DNA from: Gammaproteobacteria bacterium
GTDB lineage: Bacteria > Pseudomonadota > Gammaproteobacteria > GCA-001735895
DNA length: 64,000 nt
Assembly (NCBI GenBank): GCA_050298595.1
Contig: JBNKUM010000089.1
Location: 13,299-77,298 of the forward strand
Direction: 5' to 3'
The number at the start of each line of letters is the position of its first letter. The stretch's first letter is position 1. Positions 63,796-64,000 of this stretch are shown one piece after another. The notes below the pieces were generated by a model. The model was given only the letters and a program-made list of their open reading frames with translations. It was not told the origin of the DNA and did no database searches. A program made the position numbers and the translations under genes.

Positions 63796-63849
63796 CCAAG
63801 CCATCAAATCCGACGCTCGTACCTCGCGCGGCTTATGGCAACGTTAGCT
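63790..63849 (+). other. attC site 5
   Basis: GTATAAC (contains the ORF stop)...GTTAGCT, 60 bp; a sixth cassette starts after it. Confidence 0.9.
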
Positions 63850-64000
63850 GTTGAAAAGACAAAATGTAATTAGCATTCAATTTTGAATTGCCAAATTTAT
63901 AATTTCAGTTTTTAAGTGCTGTCATATCAAATAATGGGCTGAAGCAGAGTAAGAAGTGCTGTTTTCAACTTTCAAACTTAATTGCAAGTTGCAGCCTCGT

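Overview
Origin-proximal chromosomal region of a gammaproteobacterium; taxonomy is inferred only from gene order and protein style. (1) 1-8.3 kb: a mosaic accessory island downstream of glmS. It holds an IS256 5' fragment, an orphan fetB-like permease, a type-2 argC, a 1256-aa nuclease-STAND (Avs-like) protein, a LysR fragment and a cupin, separated by repeated palindromic/REP-like motifs. (2) 8.4-22.9 kb: the conserved minus-strand block mnmG-rsmG-parAB-atpIBEFHAGDC-glmU-glmS. (3) 23-34.6 kb: a Liv-type ABC transporter, a CBS/ACT-PaaI fusion, paaK and iorAB (aryl-acid uptake/activation), then TraB/GumN and DMT genes. (4) Hemerythrin, a GGDEF protein and small hypotheticals. (5) 38-47.3 kb: an apparent sigma54 regulon (NrtA/CynA-like ABC, NifA-like activator, OsmC-like, acyl-CoA-dehydrogenase-like, DUF302, rubredoxin-reductase fusion, divergent cyanase) with three -24/-12 promoters and three copies of one operator motif. 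This is the best candidate for an undescribed pathway, possibly a thiocyanate-to-cyanate route. (6) A cobalamin riboswitch ahead of a truncated cob operon (bluB-cbiB-cobD). (7) thrB, aceK, rraA, prpE-prpB-prpC. (8) A complete chromosomal integron (intI, attI, five cassettes with attC sites) running off the window end. All product calls come from recognising motifs by eye; no database searches were run.
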